A DNA stretch of 64,000 bases from NCBI GenBank assembly GCA_044892525.1, contig CM097885.1:4218001-4282000 (forward strand). Direction: 5' to 3'. A program made the translations under genes and the position numbers. The notes beneath the pieces were generated by a model. It was not told the DNA's origin and ran no database searches. It saw only the letters and a program-made list of their open reading frames with translations. This document shows, piece after piece, positions 12,196 through 27,100 of this stretch (the first letter of the stretch is position 1; every line of letters starts with the position of its first letter). Origin of the DNA: Schmidtea polychroa. Lineage: Eukaryota.

Positions 12196-15100
12196 CTCTG
12201 AGTTTATCCGACAGGATGTTTTGACCCCCTAAGGGTACAGGTCGTAAGGGTACTGGTCGTAAGGGTATTAGTCGTAAAGGTACTAGTCGTAAGGATATTG
12301 CTAACTCTCAACCTCCACCTACCCATTAACTAGCTACTAAGTACTAACAACCAGTTACCTGATACCATGTACTTACAACCACCATCAACCAGATACTAAG
12401 CATTATTAACCTACAATTATATAACAACAATCAGTAAACAACACTCTACCAACTATTAAATACAAGATACCAACAACTAGATACCAACAATCAACTAACC
12501 ACACATAAAAATAATAGCAATTAAATACAAAATATTCTTCATCACATACACTATCTTCTTATCAAAATCTAAAAAGTCAATCAGATACCAACTACCAACT
12601 ACCAAGTACTAACAACCAACTACCTACAACCAACAACTATGTACTAACAAATTGATCTTTAAAAGAAAAATACTCATCACTTGAAAAATTAGATGGAAAA
12701 TTAATTGAACTCAAGACATCAATAACTTGGTAAAAATTGATTAAATAATTGCAAAAATTTAAATTTACTCAAAATAAATATCATAAAAATTTAATTAATA
12801 GACAAGAAAGAATTCTATTCATTAATCATCCAGTAAATAAAAAAAATACTGATCATTCAAGTTGAATCAACTAAGATAAGATTTAGTAGATAATTGATTT
12901 AGATTGAATAAATTAATTGAAATAAAATTAATTTTAATTATTTTTTTTTAAAAATAATACATGTACTCAAATTGATTGACTGAATGCTCAAAATATTCAA
13001 AAATCAGTATAAATTCATTAAAATTATCAATGTCATCAATCTACAATAAAAATAATTATCATTAAATTCCAAAAGAGACTAGAAAACTAACAAACCAGAA
13101 AATTCATTCAAATGACAATAATTGGTATATTCAAGCGAATTCTCTAATAAAATCATCTAAAAAGAATCATTTCGCCTGAAATATCTCTATTTTTAAAGAT
13201 TAGTATCTTATCGATAAGTACTTGTTAAATATCATATATTCACCTCAAACTAACAAGATTCCTTAAAATCCCTTAAATGACTATATTTCTACCCTTAATC
13301 AATATTATTACAAATAATTCAATAAAATCATCTAAAAAGCATCAAATTTCCCAAAAATAACTCTATCTTTAAAGGTTAGTATTTTATCGATAAATATCCT
13401 TAAAAGGTTATATATTTACCTCAGACTAATAAGATTGCTTAAAATCCCCTTTAAATGACTATAATTCTAACTTTAATTCGTATTATCACAAATATTTCCC
13501 TATAAAACAGGTAAAATCATTAACTAAATAATTTATAAAATCTAATGATAAAACCGGTTATAATTAAATTTTTGTTAATCACTGTACTCGAAATTTAAAA
13601 TAAATATTGCTTGAAATTTGACTGTACAATATAACTGAGTAGTTGCATAGAAAGATTAAATTTATCCATATTTCTTCAAATGATCATTTTTACCGATATC
13701 CAACCGATTTAATTACTAATTAAAATCACCCGATAGATTTCTCCCAATAAAGATCAATTTTCTTTAGTCGACGTTTTAAATCAATATTTCCAACTTTTGT
13801 CGTTGTCCGTCTAAATAAAGATAAAAAATAATTTAAAGTTGATATCAATCCCAATTATCTGTAAAGTTTTCATTGTCAAAACCAAGTAAATAGATTATCC
13901 CTACTTAATAAAACATTGTTCTAAAACATAAATCTAAATTAATTTACTGTGCATTAATCACAACCTAATAAAACAATATAATTATTATTGATTCATAACT
14001 AATGTATTGCAATTTCCCTTAAAACATTGATATTTTACCAACATCATCCTTAAAAGATCATATATTCCCATCTTAACCCATCCTTCATTAAATTCAATCG
14101 AATATATCTCCCTTACAATGATATATTCCTACCTTATCCGATCTCTCATTAAATCTAACCAACTATATCTCCCTTAAAAGATCATATTTTCCCATCTTAA
14201 CCGATCTCTCATTAAAGTCAATCGACTATATCTCCCTTACAATGATATATTCCCATCTTAACCCATCCCTCATTAAATTTAACCAACTATATCCCCTCAA
14301 AAGATCATATTTTCACACCTTATCCGATCTCTCATTAAATCTAACCGACAATATCCCATCTTATCCGATCTCTCACCAAATATTTCTACCCTTTTAAACA
14401 TCTAACCGAATATATCCTTCAATTCTATCCACTTGAATCCTCCTTTAATTCACTCAATCCTCTTAAAATCCTTAGAGAACTTCAAAAATATGACTTAATT
14501 GTTACAGACACCAAATATTCTTCCATTGAAATAATTTAGTAGCTATGTAGTAAGAGTTCACTAAAAGATCAAAAATCAATATTTTCTACAAATATTCACC
14601 ATCAAATACCTAACTGGAGATAATACATATATTAATTGATGATAATTCTTCAGCTATTCAACCAATCATTTTCAAGCAGTAACAGCAAACTAAATTTCTG
14701 TATATCCTACAATAATTATCAAGTAAATTTAAAGTCCTTGATAAGGTTAACTGTTTCTTAGCTTATGTTTTTTAAAGTTCATCAAAGTGTAAATATTCTT
14801 AGAAAAATATTGAAAAATTATTTATTCAAATACATTACAAAGTTATCATCAAAAATCACTTAATTATTAACCTAATTGTCAATGAAATTAATTTTTATTT
14901 AAAAACTATTCAATAAAATACAACTAATTATCAAGAAATTAATTAAATTTATCAGTCAACATGAAATTCTTAGAAAATTATTCAATATCCCCATAAAAAT
15001 TTATCCACTTGATTATTGTAAAAACTCTAATTATTAACATTGAAAATAAATTTTATTTAAAATTAAAAAACCAATCAATAAAAATACATTCAATTATCAA

Positions 15101-15508
15101 GAAATTAATTAAATTTACCTTAGAATTAGCATTAAATTACAGAAATTCACAAAAATAATGGAAATTCACAAAAATGATAAAAATTCACAAAAATAATAGA
15201 AATTCATGAAAATGATAGATATCCACGAAAAATTACGGAAATTCATGAAAATATTAGAAATTCACAAAAAATGATGGAAATTCATGAAAATGATAGAAAT
15301 TCATAAAAATGATAGAAATTTACTTGAATAAAACCATCAACTCTAAAAATTATCAATGCCTTAAACAACAAATTTGTCTAAATAATCATTCAAATAAAAG
15401 CATTAAATACCTTTACGACTAATACACTTACGACATGTTGAATGTGAGTAGTACCCTTGTGAGCAATACCCATAGGGGGACAGAATATTTTTTCGGATAA
15501 ACTCAGAG
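12196..15508. mobile_element. Nested inverted-repeat-bounded unit within the left arm
   Basis: TATA|CTCTGAGTTTATCCGA at 12196 and TCGGATAAACTCAGAG|TATA ending at 15508. An imperfect IR of about 110 bp carries GTCGTAAGGGTA repeats. Confidence 0.55.
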
Positions 15509-16109
15509 TATATATTAATTAACTCATTCAAATTTATCATTGAATCAGTAAATTATCATAAATTTCGATAAAAATTCTAAAGTGGTAAGCAATTGTAGGA
15601 TAAAAAGAGAAATATTCTTTAAACTTTGATAAAAATGAAGGTGGTAAGAATCTTCATTAAAGTGAGGAAATTATTCATTACTCGATGATAAATTCAAATG
15701 GGTGAAAATAATTGATAGAATAATTCATTAATGGATCATTGAATGGGCATAGATAAGATGAAGGTTGATAAGAATGCAAATATATTAATTGAATTTATTT
15801 AAAATTATTTCATAAAATTCATAAAAAAAAAAACTTTTAAAAGAAATATTTGTGGAGATGTTTTAGGTGAAAATTAATCAAAATCGGCGGAATATAATTG
15901 ATTAAATATCGAGGATGGGGGTTATAATTAATGGAAAATCAATGGGATACAAATGATTAAATAGTGGAAAATTCGGGAATATAAGTGATTAATTAATGGA
16001 ATATTGAGAATCGGAGGAATATCAATGAGAAGGATATATAATTTAAACTAGTTTATTACATAACAAGCCGCGACTAGTTTATTACATAACAAGCCGTGAA
16101 TGATAATTT

Positions 16110-16235
16110 ATTGAGAATTATTGATTAGATCTTTTTTTTAATTTTTGACTAAAATAAATTCTAAAATAATAGCAAATTATTACTAAAATGTTTTAATTTG
16201 CATTATGTATTTCAAAAACAATGATCATAAAAGAT

Positions 16236-16283
<48 letters not shown>

Positions 16284-17175
16284 CCCTTTTCATTCAAAAT
16301 AAGTTAAATATTCAAATATAAGTCTTAGAAAATACAATCAAAATTAAATTTTAAAAATATAAATTTTATAAGTTTTTCAAATTCTCGAATAATGTAAATA
16401 AGAAATTAATCTATTACCAGTTACATACTTTTAAACTTATTGATGGAATAAAACATTAGAAATAAAGTGTTTTTTTTGTATAAGTACTTGTAATAATAGC
16501 TATATATTATTAAATTTACTATTCTACACTAAATATTTTGAAAACAAATATCATAATATGAATTATATTACTCCTTTCAATCAAAGTAAATTAAATGTAT
16601 CATTCAAATACAATTAAAATTAAATCATCAATTTAATACTTTAATTTAAAAATAAAAAATTTATATGTAAATGCGAATAAGTGTATTAACAGTTCTAAAC
16701 TTTTTAAACTTATTGATTAGGCAGTAGAAAGTAACTTTTTTTTCAAAAAGTCCTTTAATATTGTATTCTATTTATTATCAAATTAACTATTTTACACTAA
16801 AATATTTCAATTTAGAAAAAAAAAATCATAATATTGAATGTGATACTTCAATCAAAATAAGTTAATACTCAAATATATGTCTTATAAAGTACAATCAAAA
16901 TTAAATACTTCACTAAATTTTAAGTAAAGTTTTTTAAATTCTCTGGTAAATGTTAACAAGATATTAATTTATTAATCATTATAGACTTTTTATACTTATT
17001 ATCGGAATTAAACAATAGAATGATTTTCAAAATATGTACAATTTAAAAATAAAATTAAAATTAAATTACATACTTTAAAAATGTTGGTAAAATACCATTC
17101 ACAGCTTGATATTCAAAATATGTACAATTTAAAAATAAAATTAAAATTAAATTACATACTTTAAAAATGTTGGTA
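16110..17175. repeat. Central spacer of the palindrome
   Basis: Contains (TA)n at about 16240-16281, three degenerate units of about 285 bp starting near 16285, 16572 and 16846, and a duplication of about 85 bp (about 17024-17190). Confidence 0.7.
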
Positions 17176-17657
17176 AAATACCATTCACACCTTGTTATGT
17201 AATAATTTAAATTACATATACTTCTCACTTATATTCCCCCAATTTTTAAATATTCCATTATTTAATCACTTATATCCCCCCCCCCAATTTTCCATTAATT
17301 ATTCCCCTCAGATATTTCTTTTAAGATTTTTTTTATTAAATTTATGAATTTTATGAAATAATTTTAAATAAATTCAATTAATATATTTGCATTCTTATCA
17401 ACCTTCATCTTATCTATGCCCATTCAATGATCCATTAATGAATTATTCTATCAATTATTTTCACCCATTTGAATTTATCATCGAGTAATGAATAATTTCC
17501 TCACTTTAATGAAGATTCTTACCACCTTCATTTTTATCAAAGTTTAAAGAATATTTCTCTTTTTATCCTACAATTGCTTACCACTTTAGAATTTTTATCG
17601 AAATTTATGATAATTTTACTGATTCAATGAAAATTTGAATGAGTTAATTAATATATA

Positions 17658-20600
17658 CTCTGAGTTTATCCGAAAAAATATTCTGTCCCCCCTATGGGTA
17701 TTGCTCACAAGGGTACTACTCACATGCAACATGTCGTAAGTGTATTAGTCGTAAAGGTATTTAATGCCTTTATTTGAATGATTATTTAGACAAATTTGTT
17801 GTTTAAGGTATTGATAATTTTTAGAGTTGATGGTTTTATTAAATATTCAAGTAAATTTCTAACATTTTTGTGAATTTCCATCATTTTTTGTAATTTTCTA
17901 TTATTTTCATGAATTTCCGTACTTTTTTGTGAATATCAGTAATTTTTGTGGATTTCTAACATTTTTGTGAATTTCTTTGATTTTTATAAATTTCTATTAT
18001 TTTTGTGGATTTCTAACATTTTGGCAAATTTTATGTTTATTGAATGAATATTTAAAAATTTAGAGTTAGTTCTAAGATAAATTTAATTAATTTCTTGATA
18101 ATTTTAAATAAAAATTTATTTTTAATGAGGTTAATAATTAGAGTTTGTACAATAATCAAGTGATAGGATAAATTTTGATGAGGATATTGAATATTTTTCT
18201 AAGAATTTCATGTTGACTGATTAAAAGTTTTAATGATGATAAATTTAATTGATAAATTTAATTAATTTCTTGATAATTAGTTGTATTTTTTTGAATAGTT
18301 TTTAAATTTTAAATTAATTTCATTGACAATTAGGTTAATAATTAAGTGATAGAATAAATTTTTGATGATAACTTTGTAATATATTTGACTAAATAATTTT
18401 TTTCAATAATTTTCTAAGAATATTTACTCATTGATGAACTTTAAAAAACATAAGCTAAGAAACCAGTTAACTTTATCAATGACTTTAAATTTACTTGATA
18501 ATTATTGTAGGATATACTGAAATTTAGTTTGCTGTTATTGCTTGAAAATGATTGGCTGAATCGATGAAGAATTAAGATAAATCAATATATATCATCTCCA
18601 GTTAGGTATTTGATGGGTGAAATAATTGTAGAAAATATTGATTTTTGATCTTTTAGTGAACTCTTACTACATAGCTACTAAATTATTTCAATGGAAGAAT
18701 ATTTGATGTCTTTAACAGTTTATGAAAAGTCATATTTTTGAAGTTCTCTAAGGATATTAAGAGGATTGATATATATTAAAGGGCTCAAGTGGGTGGAATC
18801 TTTAAGGAAATTAAGGGATATAATCGGATAGATGTTTAAAAGGGTAGAAATATTTGCTGAGAGATCGGATAAGATGGGATATTGTCGGTTAAATTTAATG
18901 AAAGATCGGATAAGGTGGAAATATATCATTGTAAGGGAGATATAGTCGATTGAATTTAATTAAGGATGGGTTAAGATGGGAATATATCATTGTAAGGGAA
19001 ATGTTGGTAAAATATCAATGTTTTAAGGGAAATGTCAATACATTAGTCAGTTATGAATCAATAATAATTATATCGTTTTATTAGGTTGTGATTAATGCAC
19101 AGTAAATTAATTTAGAACAATGTTTTATTAAGTAGGGATAATGATCGATTTACTTGGTTTTGACAATGAAATCTTTACAGATAATTGGGATTGATATCAA
19201 CTTTAAATTATTTTTATCTTTATTTAGACGGACAACGACAAAAGTTGACCATTTGAAGAAAGTTATTTTATTGAATGGATAAATTTAATCTTTCAATGGG
19301 ACCTAGTCAGTTATATTTATTTTAAATTTCGAGTACAGTGATTTACAAAAATTACAGTGATTAACAAAAATTTTATTATAACCGGTTTTATCATTAGTGA
19401 AATATGTATGATAATAGGAATTAAAGTTAGAATTATAGTCATTTAAAGGGGATTTTAAGCAATCTTATTAATCTGAGGGGAATATATGACCTTTTACGGG
19501 TACTTATCGATAAGATACCAATCTTTAAAGATAGAGGTATTTCAGGGATATTTGATGCTTTTTAGATGATTTTAATGAATTATTTGTAATAATATGAATT
19601 AAGGGTAGAAATATAGTCATTTAAGGGATTTTAAGGAATCTTGTTAGTTTGAGGTGAATATATGATCTTTAACAAGTACTTATCGATAAGATACCAATCT
19701 TTAAATATTGATATATTTAAGGGAAATGATTCTTTTTAGATGATTTTATTAGAGAATTCACTTGGATATACCAATTATTATCATTTGAATGAATTTACTG
19801 GTTTGTTAGTTTTCTAGTCTCTTGGAATTTTATGATAATTATTTTTATTGTAGATTGATGACTTTGATAATTGTAATGAATTTATACTGATTTTTGAATA
19901 TATTGAGCAATCAGTCAATCAATTTGAGTACATGTATTACTTTTAAAAAAAAATAATTAAAATTAATTTTATTTCAATTAATTTATTCAATCTAAATCAA
20001 TTATCTATTAGATCTTATCTTATTAATTTATTAACTTAGTTGATTCAACTTGAATGATCAGTATTTTTTTTATTTACTGGATGATTAATGAATAGAATTC
20101 TTTCTTGTCTATTAATTAAATTTTTATGATATTTATTTTGAGTAAATTTAAATTTTTGCAATTATTTAATCAATTTTTACCAAGTTATTGATGTCTTGAG
20201 TTCAATTAATTTTCCATCTAATTTTTCAAGTGATGAGTATTTTTCTTTTAAAGATCAATTTGTTAGTACATAGTTGTTGGTTGTAGGTAGTTGGTTGTTA
20301 GTACTTGGTAGTTGGTAGTTGGTATCTGATTGACTTTTTAGATTTTGATAAGAAGATAGTGTATGTGATGAAGAATATTTTGTATTTAATTGCTATTATT
20401 TTTATGTGTGGTTAGTTGATTGTTGGTACTTGGTATCTTGTATTTGGTAGCTGGTACAGTGTTGTTATATAGTTGTAGGTTGATAATGCTTAGTAGCTGG
20501 TTGTTGTGGGTTGTAAGTGTTTAGTATTTAGTTGTTTGAGACCTGGTTGTTAGTACATGGTAGTTAATTAATGAGTAGGTGGTGGTTGAGTGTTACCAAT

Positions 20601-20686
20601 AGCCTTACGACCAGTACCTTTACGACTAATACCCTTACGACCAGTACCCTTAGGGGGTCAAAACATCCTGTCGGATAAACTCAGAG
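17658..20686. mobile_element. Mirror copy of the nested IR-bounded unit in the right arm
   Basis: Same CTCTGAGTTTATCCGA ends flanked by TATA. Confidence 0.55.
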
Positions 20687-21133
20687 TATATATAATAAAA
20701 CTGATCAACAATAAGTATTTATTGAATGTGATTTTTACTTTGCAATAATAAGTCAGTAGTTATCATTTAAAAGAAGATGTTTTTGTAAATTAGAATTCAT
20801 TAGTATTTCATTGTAATTTAAATTATTTTGAATTTCACGTGGTGTTTTAAAGTGATTGAGTTGTGGATTTTTGATGAAAGTCAACATGTTTGTTAAATTT
20901 AGACATTTTGAAAAGGTTTTCTATTGATTGTAATTAAACATATTTTTAAAGACAGATAAAAAATTAATTTAAAAACATTTCATAAAATACAATAAAGAAT
21001 ACTTAGTTGGTTGTTAGTAACTAGTTGTAGGTATCTGGTTGTTTGAGAGTTAGTTAGTACGTGGTATCATGTTCAAAGTATTTGTTAGCATCTAGTTAAA
21101 AATATTTAGTAACCGATTGTTGGGAACTGTTGA

Positions 21134-21188
<55 letters not shown>

Positions 21189-24100
21189 CATTAAAATTTC
21201 CATTAAAAAATTAACTTAAAAAATTATTTCATTAAAATTAACTTAAAAAATTTTACATTTAAAAATGACTTAAAAAAAATTTCCATTTAAATTTTCATTA
21301 AAAATTACATTTCTCAAAAAAGTTGGTGGTTATTCAATCTTTTGATAATAAATTTAAAAATCTTACTTTAATTTACTTATTTAGCTTGATTTTAATATTT
21401 GAACCATTGGTTACTTAATTTTAAATTTTGAACCTTAATTTTCCTTAATTTATCCTTAATTTACCTAATTATTCTTTATTTCTTAATTTTACACCATAAT
21501 TTACTAAACAACTAATTATAACCCTTATTTTCATATTTAACTAATAATTTCATGTGGTCATTGATTAATTGACGAAGATTTGCATCTAAAATTAACATTG
21601 GAAATCCCAGAAAATCTTCATCTTAAATTAACTTTAACTTTAATATTTTAGACCATTGATTACTTAATTTAAAAATTAGACATTAATTTACTTATTTAAC
21701 CAATAATTTCATGTGGTCATCTGGTTGTAAGTACTAGGTATCTAGTTGTTATTACTTGGTTGATGATGCTTAGTACCTGGTTGTTGACGGCTGTGAGTAG
21801 TAGGTATCTGGTAACTAGTTGTTAGTATCTAGTTGTAGGTATCTCGTTGTTGGTGGTACTTGGTAGGTGGTAGCTAGTCGGTTGTAGGTACTTAGTACTT
21901 GGTTGTATGTACTTGGTAGATGGTTGTAGGTACTTAGTAATTGGTAATTAATGATTAGTACCTGGTTGTTGTTGGTTGTTAGTACTTGGTATCTAGTACC
22001 TAGTTGGTTGATAGTACTTAGTAACTAGTTAATGGGTAGGTGGTTGTAGGTACTTGGTAGGTGGTTAATAATGCTTAGTAACAGGTTGATGTTGGTTGTA
22101 TGTACTTGGTATCTAGTACCTAGTTGTTAGTATGTGGTTGTAGGTACTTGGTATCTGGTAATTGGTTGTAACTAGTTAATGGGTAGGTGGCAGCTAGTTG
22201 GTAGGTGGTTGTAGCTAGTTAATAGGTAGGTGGTTGTAGGTACTTGGTAGGTGGTAGTTAGTTGTTAGCTGGTTGTTGTCGGTTGTTAGTACTTGGTACC
22301 TAGTTGGTTGCTTGTTTTTGGTTGTTAGTACTTGTTAGATGGTTGTAGGTACTTAGTATCAGGTAACTAGTTGTTAGTAACTAGGTGTAGGTACTTGGTA
22401 TCTGGTAATTGGTTGTAAGTATCTGGTTGTTTGAGAGTTATTTAGTACGTGGTATCATGTTGAAAGTATTTGGTAGCAGGTAACTGATTGTAAGTACTTG
22501 GTAGCAGGTTGTTAGTAACTAGTTGTAGGTATCTGATTGTTAATACATGTTCATAAGTTACTGGTTGTTGGTACTAAGTTGTTGGTTTGTTGTTGAATTA
22601 TTATTAAAATTTGTCTTTGAAAAATATTTCATAGAAATTTTCATTAAAAATTATCTTAAAAATTTCCATCTAAAATTATCATTGAAAAATTTTTCATAAA
22701 AATTTCCATTAAAAATTAACTTAAAAAATTATTCCATAAAAATTTCTATTAAAAATTACTTAAAAAATTATTTCATAAAAATTTTCATTAAAAAATTTCA
22801 ATTCTCAAACACCTTCTATTATTTCAACTTTTTGTTAATAAATTTTAAAATCTTACTTTAATTTACTTATTACATTACTTATTTAAAAATTATTACTTTA
22901 ATTTACTTATTTAACTTTAATTTAAAATTTGTGACCATTGATTACTTAATTTTAAAATTTGGACCTTAATTAACTTTAATTGAAAAATTTGGACCATTAT
23001 TTACTTTAATTGAAAAATTTGAACCTTAATTTACTTTAATTTAATTTTTTTAGAACCATAATTAACTGTAATTGAAAAATTTGGACCATTATTTACTGTA
23101 ATTTAATTTTTAAGAACCATAATTTACTGTAATTTAATTTTTTAGAACCATAATTTACTGTAATTCAATTTTTAGAACCATTATTTACTGTAATTCAAAA
23201 ATTTGGACCATTATTTACTGTAATTCAAAAATTTGGACCATAATTTACTTTAATTGAAAAAATTGAACCTTAATTTACTTTAATTTAATTTTTTTAGAAC
23301 CATAATTAACTGTAATTGAAAAATTTGGACCATTATTTACTGTAATTTAATTTTTAAGAACCATAATTTACTGTAATTTAATTTTTAAGAACCATAATTT
23401 ACTGTAATTTAATTTTTTAGAACCATTATTTACTGTAATTCAAAAATTTGGACCATTATTTACTGTAATTCAAAAATTTGAACCATAATTTACTGTAATT
23501 TAATTTTTAGACCCATTATTTACTTTATTTTAAAAATTTACCACGCTTTTTTAGTGTAGACCACCTTTTTCTATTGAAATTCTCAGGACCAAGGAGACCC
23601 GCATTAATTTACTTTGAAAATTCCATGCTTTTTTAGTGATAATCAGATTTTTGTATTGAAAATATCCTGAGACCATCGAGACCCCCTCACTATAGTGTGA
23701 AAAAACCATGCTTTTTTATTGAAGACCGCCTTTTTGTATTGAAAAAATTTTTTTGTATTGAAAATCCCAGGACCATCGTTTTTGTATAGAAAAAATTTTT
23801 TTGTATTGAAAATCCCAGGACCATCGTTTTTGTATAGAAAAAATTTTTTTGTATTGAAAATTCCAGGACCATCGTTTTTGTATAGAAAAAATTTTTTTGT
23901 ATTGAAAATTCCAGGACCATCGTTTTTGTATTGAAAAATTTTTTTTGTATTGAAAATCCCAGGACCAAGGAGACTCACCTCACTATAGTCTGAAAAATCC
24001 TTGGCTTTTTTAGTGTAGACCACCTATTTGTATTGAAAAATTTTTTTTGTATTGAAAATCCCAGGACCATCGAGACCCCCTCACTATAGTGTGAAAATTC

Positions 24101-27100
24101 CATGCTTTTTTAGTGGTAGTCGGATTTTTGTATTGAAAAAATTTTTTTGTATAGAAAATCCCCGGACCATCGAGACCCCCTCACTATAGTCTGATAAAAA
24201 AAAAATTTGGACCAAAAATCCCTGAAAGCAAAAAATGTGAGTTGCAACAATTGCGTAATAAAAAGTTGCAACAAAAAAAAAGTTGCAACAACCCCCCCCC
24301 CCCCCCCCCGGGGGGGGGTGATTGTTGCGGTAAGCCACTATCTACCTACTAGTTAACTTGAAGGACAAGTGACTATTTGAACAATTGATTCGGCTTTACA
24401 ACAATTATTAGCTCTATTTTCTTTATTTTCACTTTATTCATTATTTTGGTTATCAATGATGATTTCCGCTGTAAATTTGTCTTTTATCATGCTTGTGATT
24501 TGCCTGTTTTTAGCTCCTTTGACAGGACTCTCTCGCATCACTCATTCTTTCAAATTAGATTATCAAATTTCAAGAAACCAAAGAATCTGAACAAAATTAA
24601 ATTATTTTATATCAATTTGACAAGCTGCTAATATAATTAAATTGATTTATTTATATCAATTAATTAATTAATTTGTATTTTTTAATTAACATTGTTCAGG
24701 AACCATTTATTGATTTAAAATGAAAAAAATTCATAATTATTTATTACAGTTTACACGAATTTGCGCAACACCAACAATCTCTAAAAATTTGTAAAATATA
24801 CTGAAAAATTTCGTGAAAACAGAATAATTTCCGGAATTTCGATTTTTCCAATAAATTTGTATAAAAATTTTATGTTTTAAATTTGTGCCAAAATATTTAA
24901 ATAGCACAAATATCCTTCAAATATTCCAAAGTTTTTCAATATGTTGAGGTTGAAACTTTATTACTATGCAAACTTGAATTGAAATATGTCTACTTTTTAT
25001 ATTATCAATAACTAATTTTTGACTGACTTTCTCATCCTGTGTTATCTCAAATTTCTTATCAAATTACAACTGGTTAATTTTAAAATTTGAAAAATTATAT
25101 GTTAACTTAATTATTGATGTGCAATTGCATTGTGCGATTCTATTATGATATTAAAGCTTTTGTTGGAATAAATCTAACCAAAACCAAAGCAACCTCACCA
25201 AATTGACTTAAACTCAATTTCACATAAATGTAACTTACAAGTTAAACACCAGTATGTTGGCGAGCACATGAACGAATAAAACAGTATTGAACTGGAATTG
25301 TTCTAGCAAGATCACTTTCATGATAAAATTGTTGAGGATGCCTAAATAGTGATATTGTAAATAATTAGAATAACTATGGGAAAACCGATAGGGTGATTGT
25401 GATAACATTCTGAAACTTGGAGATGAAAAAAGAAAGGAAAAAATTGAGAAATGAGCTCCTGTATAGCGGAGTGCAGACGAACGATTTTTGGGGAGTAGGA
25501 GACTTGTTAACAACTCAAGCATTGGAGAAAACAAATGACTAATGTTTCAAGTTGCCAATAGCAGCTGAAGAAATATGTGGAATCTGAATGCAACAAGGAA
25601 GCCACTCTACTCTAGAAGATATAGATGCAGTGCGATGAGTATACTTGGAAATCAAAGATGAATAGGAGGATGATATTCCTGTCATTGAAGTACCAATACA
25701 AAAATACTGTTCTCTAAAAGATTATAGAAAAGGCAACTTCCAATTAACCAAGAAACCGGGAAAGGAAAACTCCAATTTCCCAAAATTAAAACAATTAATT
25801 GGGATAATTGTATTGTCAAGGAAATGTCGAATATTCCAGACAATCAAGCCTAATTAATACCTCACGAACCGAACAAAATAAAAATTAGCGGTGGATAAAA
25901 AGAAAATTATGCCAAGAAAATGAAACTCAAAAAAAGAACACTGGAAAAGTGTTAAAGGGATAAAATAATATTGAGTACAGCAAAATATCTAAATAGGTTT
26001 TGTTATTAATATAAATAATTATAGATAATTTGTTCGAGACATATGTAAATCACTTTAATACAATTAACTTAATGAATAATAATTATTTTTCAAATATTTC
26101 CTCACTTGAAAAATGTCTTGTTTTGTTGTGACCCAGCTGTCACTTTAATAATAAGTAAAAAGATTATAAATTTCAAAGACCAATTTTGAAACGAACAATT
26201 AGATTTCAGGATGAAATCCAATCAAAAAATAACGTTGCTTATGTTCAGAAAGATAAATTTAGAGAGAAAATTGAGAAAGATGAATAAAATATTGATGATG
26301 TTATAAGAAGCAGAGTACTATGCTTATTGCTAAGGCTAGAAAATTAGTAACAGAACCTGACGCAAACTCTCAGAAATAGACAGAACTATTGATGAAGCTA
26401 ACGAAAATACCGTTATTAAAACTGTTATTAAACTTGGTGCAGAATGTTATGCAGCAAGTGTGGAAAAGCGAAAGGTATTCGAAAACTTTATGAAATAATT
26501 TGGCCAATCTCTACGAAAAATTAAATGGTTAGACCCAATATTCATCAAAGCAGATGCATCAGACGATGCTTGAGGCTCCCATGATAAATTATCATAACCG
26601 CCTGCAGCGCTGGCTTAACCAGTGGATATGATAACTTTGGGTATGTTAAATACCTAGGGTTAGTGGTGAAACGAATGTGATAAATCAAATATATGGGGAG
26701 AATAAGAATAGAATAAAATACAAAATATATTCATTAAAACAGAATATTACGTATTGGTGGTATCATTATTTGTATAATTGTTATAACTATTATAGGAAAA
26801 TAAAATAAATTTGTTATCACATTAAGAATTATTATTATCATTATGTATATTATTATCATTATCATTATTGTCATTAGTATTATAAGTATTAATAATAATA
26901 ATATTATTATTATTATTAATTATTATTACTTATTATTTATTTAATATTAATAATTAAAATTAACAAACAACAAAAGATACTTTGAAACTGTCAAATTTCA
27001 ATTATTATCAAAAATCATATCTATTTCCATTGATCGTACAAATTTCTAATAAATCGAACGCAACTGAGTTTAACACATAAGTAACATTTATCTTTTTCTT

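Larger units (their letters stand above)
8423..24350. mobile_element. Giant palindromic non-autonomous Polinton/Maverick-like element
   Basis: Termini AGTAGGTAGATAGTGGCTTACCGCAACAAT and its exact reverse complement ending at 24350. AGTTAA is duplicated at 8417-8422 and 24351-24356. Arms at about 8423-16110 and 17175-24350 are reverse complements along their length. No long ORF. Confidence 0.85.

Noticed and set aside
12003..15400. Remnants of Polinton polymerase, integrase or capsid genes in the arms
   Set aside because: No motif was recognisable by eye. A frameshift-aware HMM search is needed to exclude very decayed remnants.
8423..24350. Palindrome as a fold-back read, amplification or assembly artefact
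   Set aside because: The arms differ in substitutions, indels and repeat copy number. Symmetry stops exactly at the element-like termini, which are flanked by a direct 6-bp duplication.
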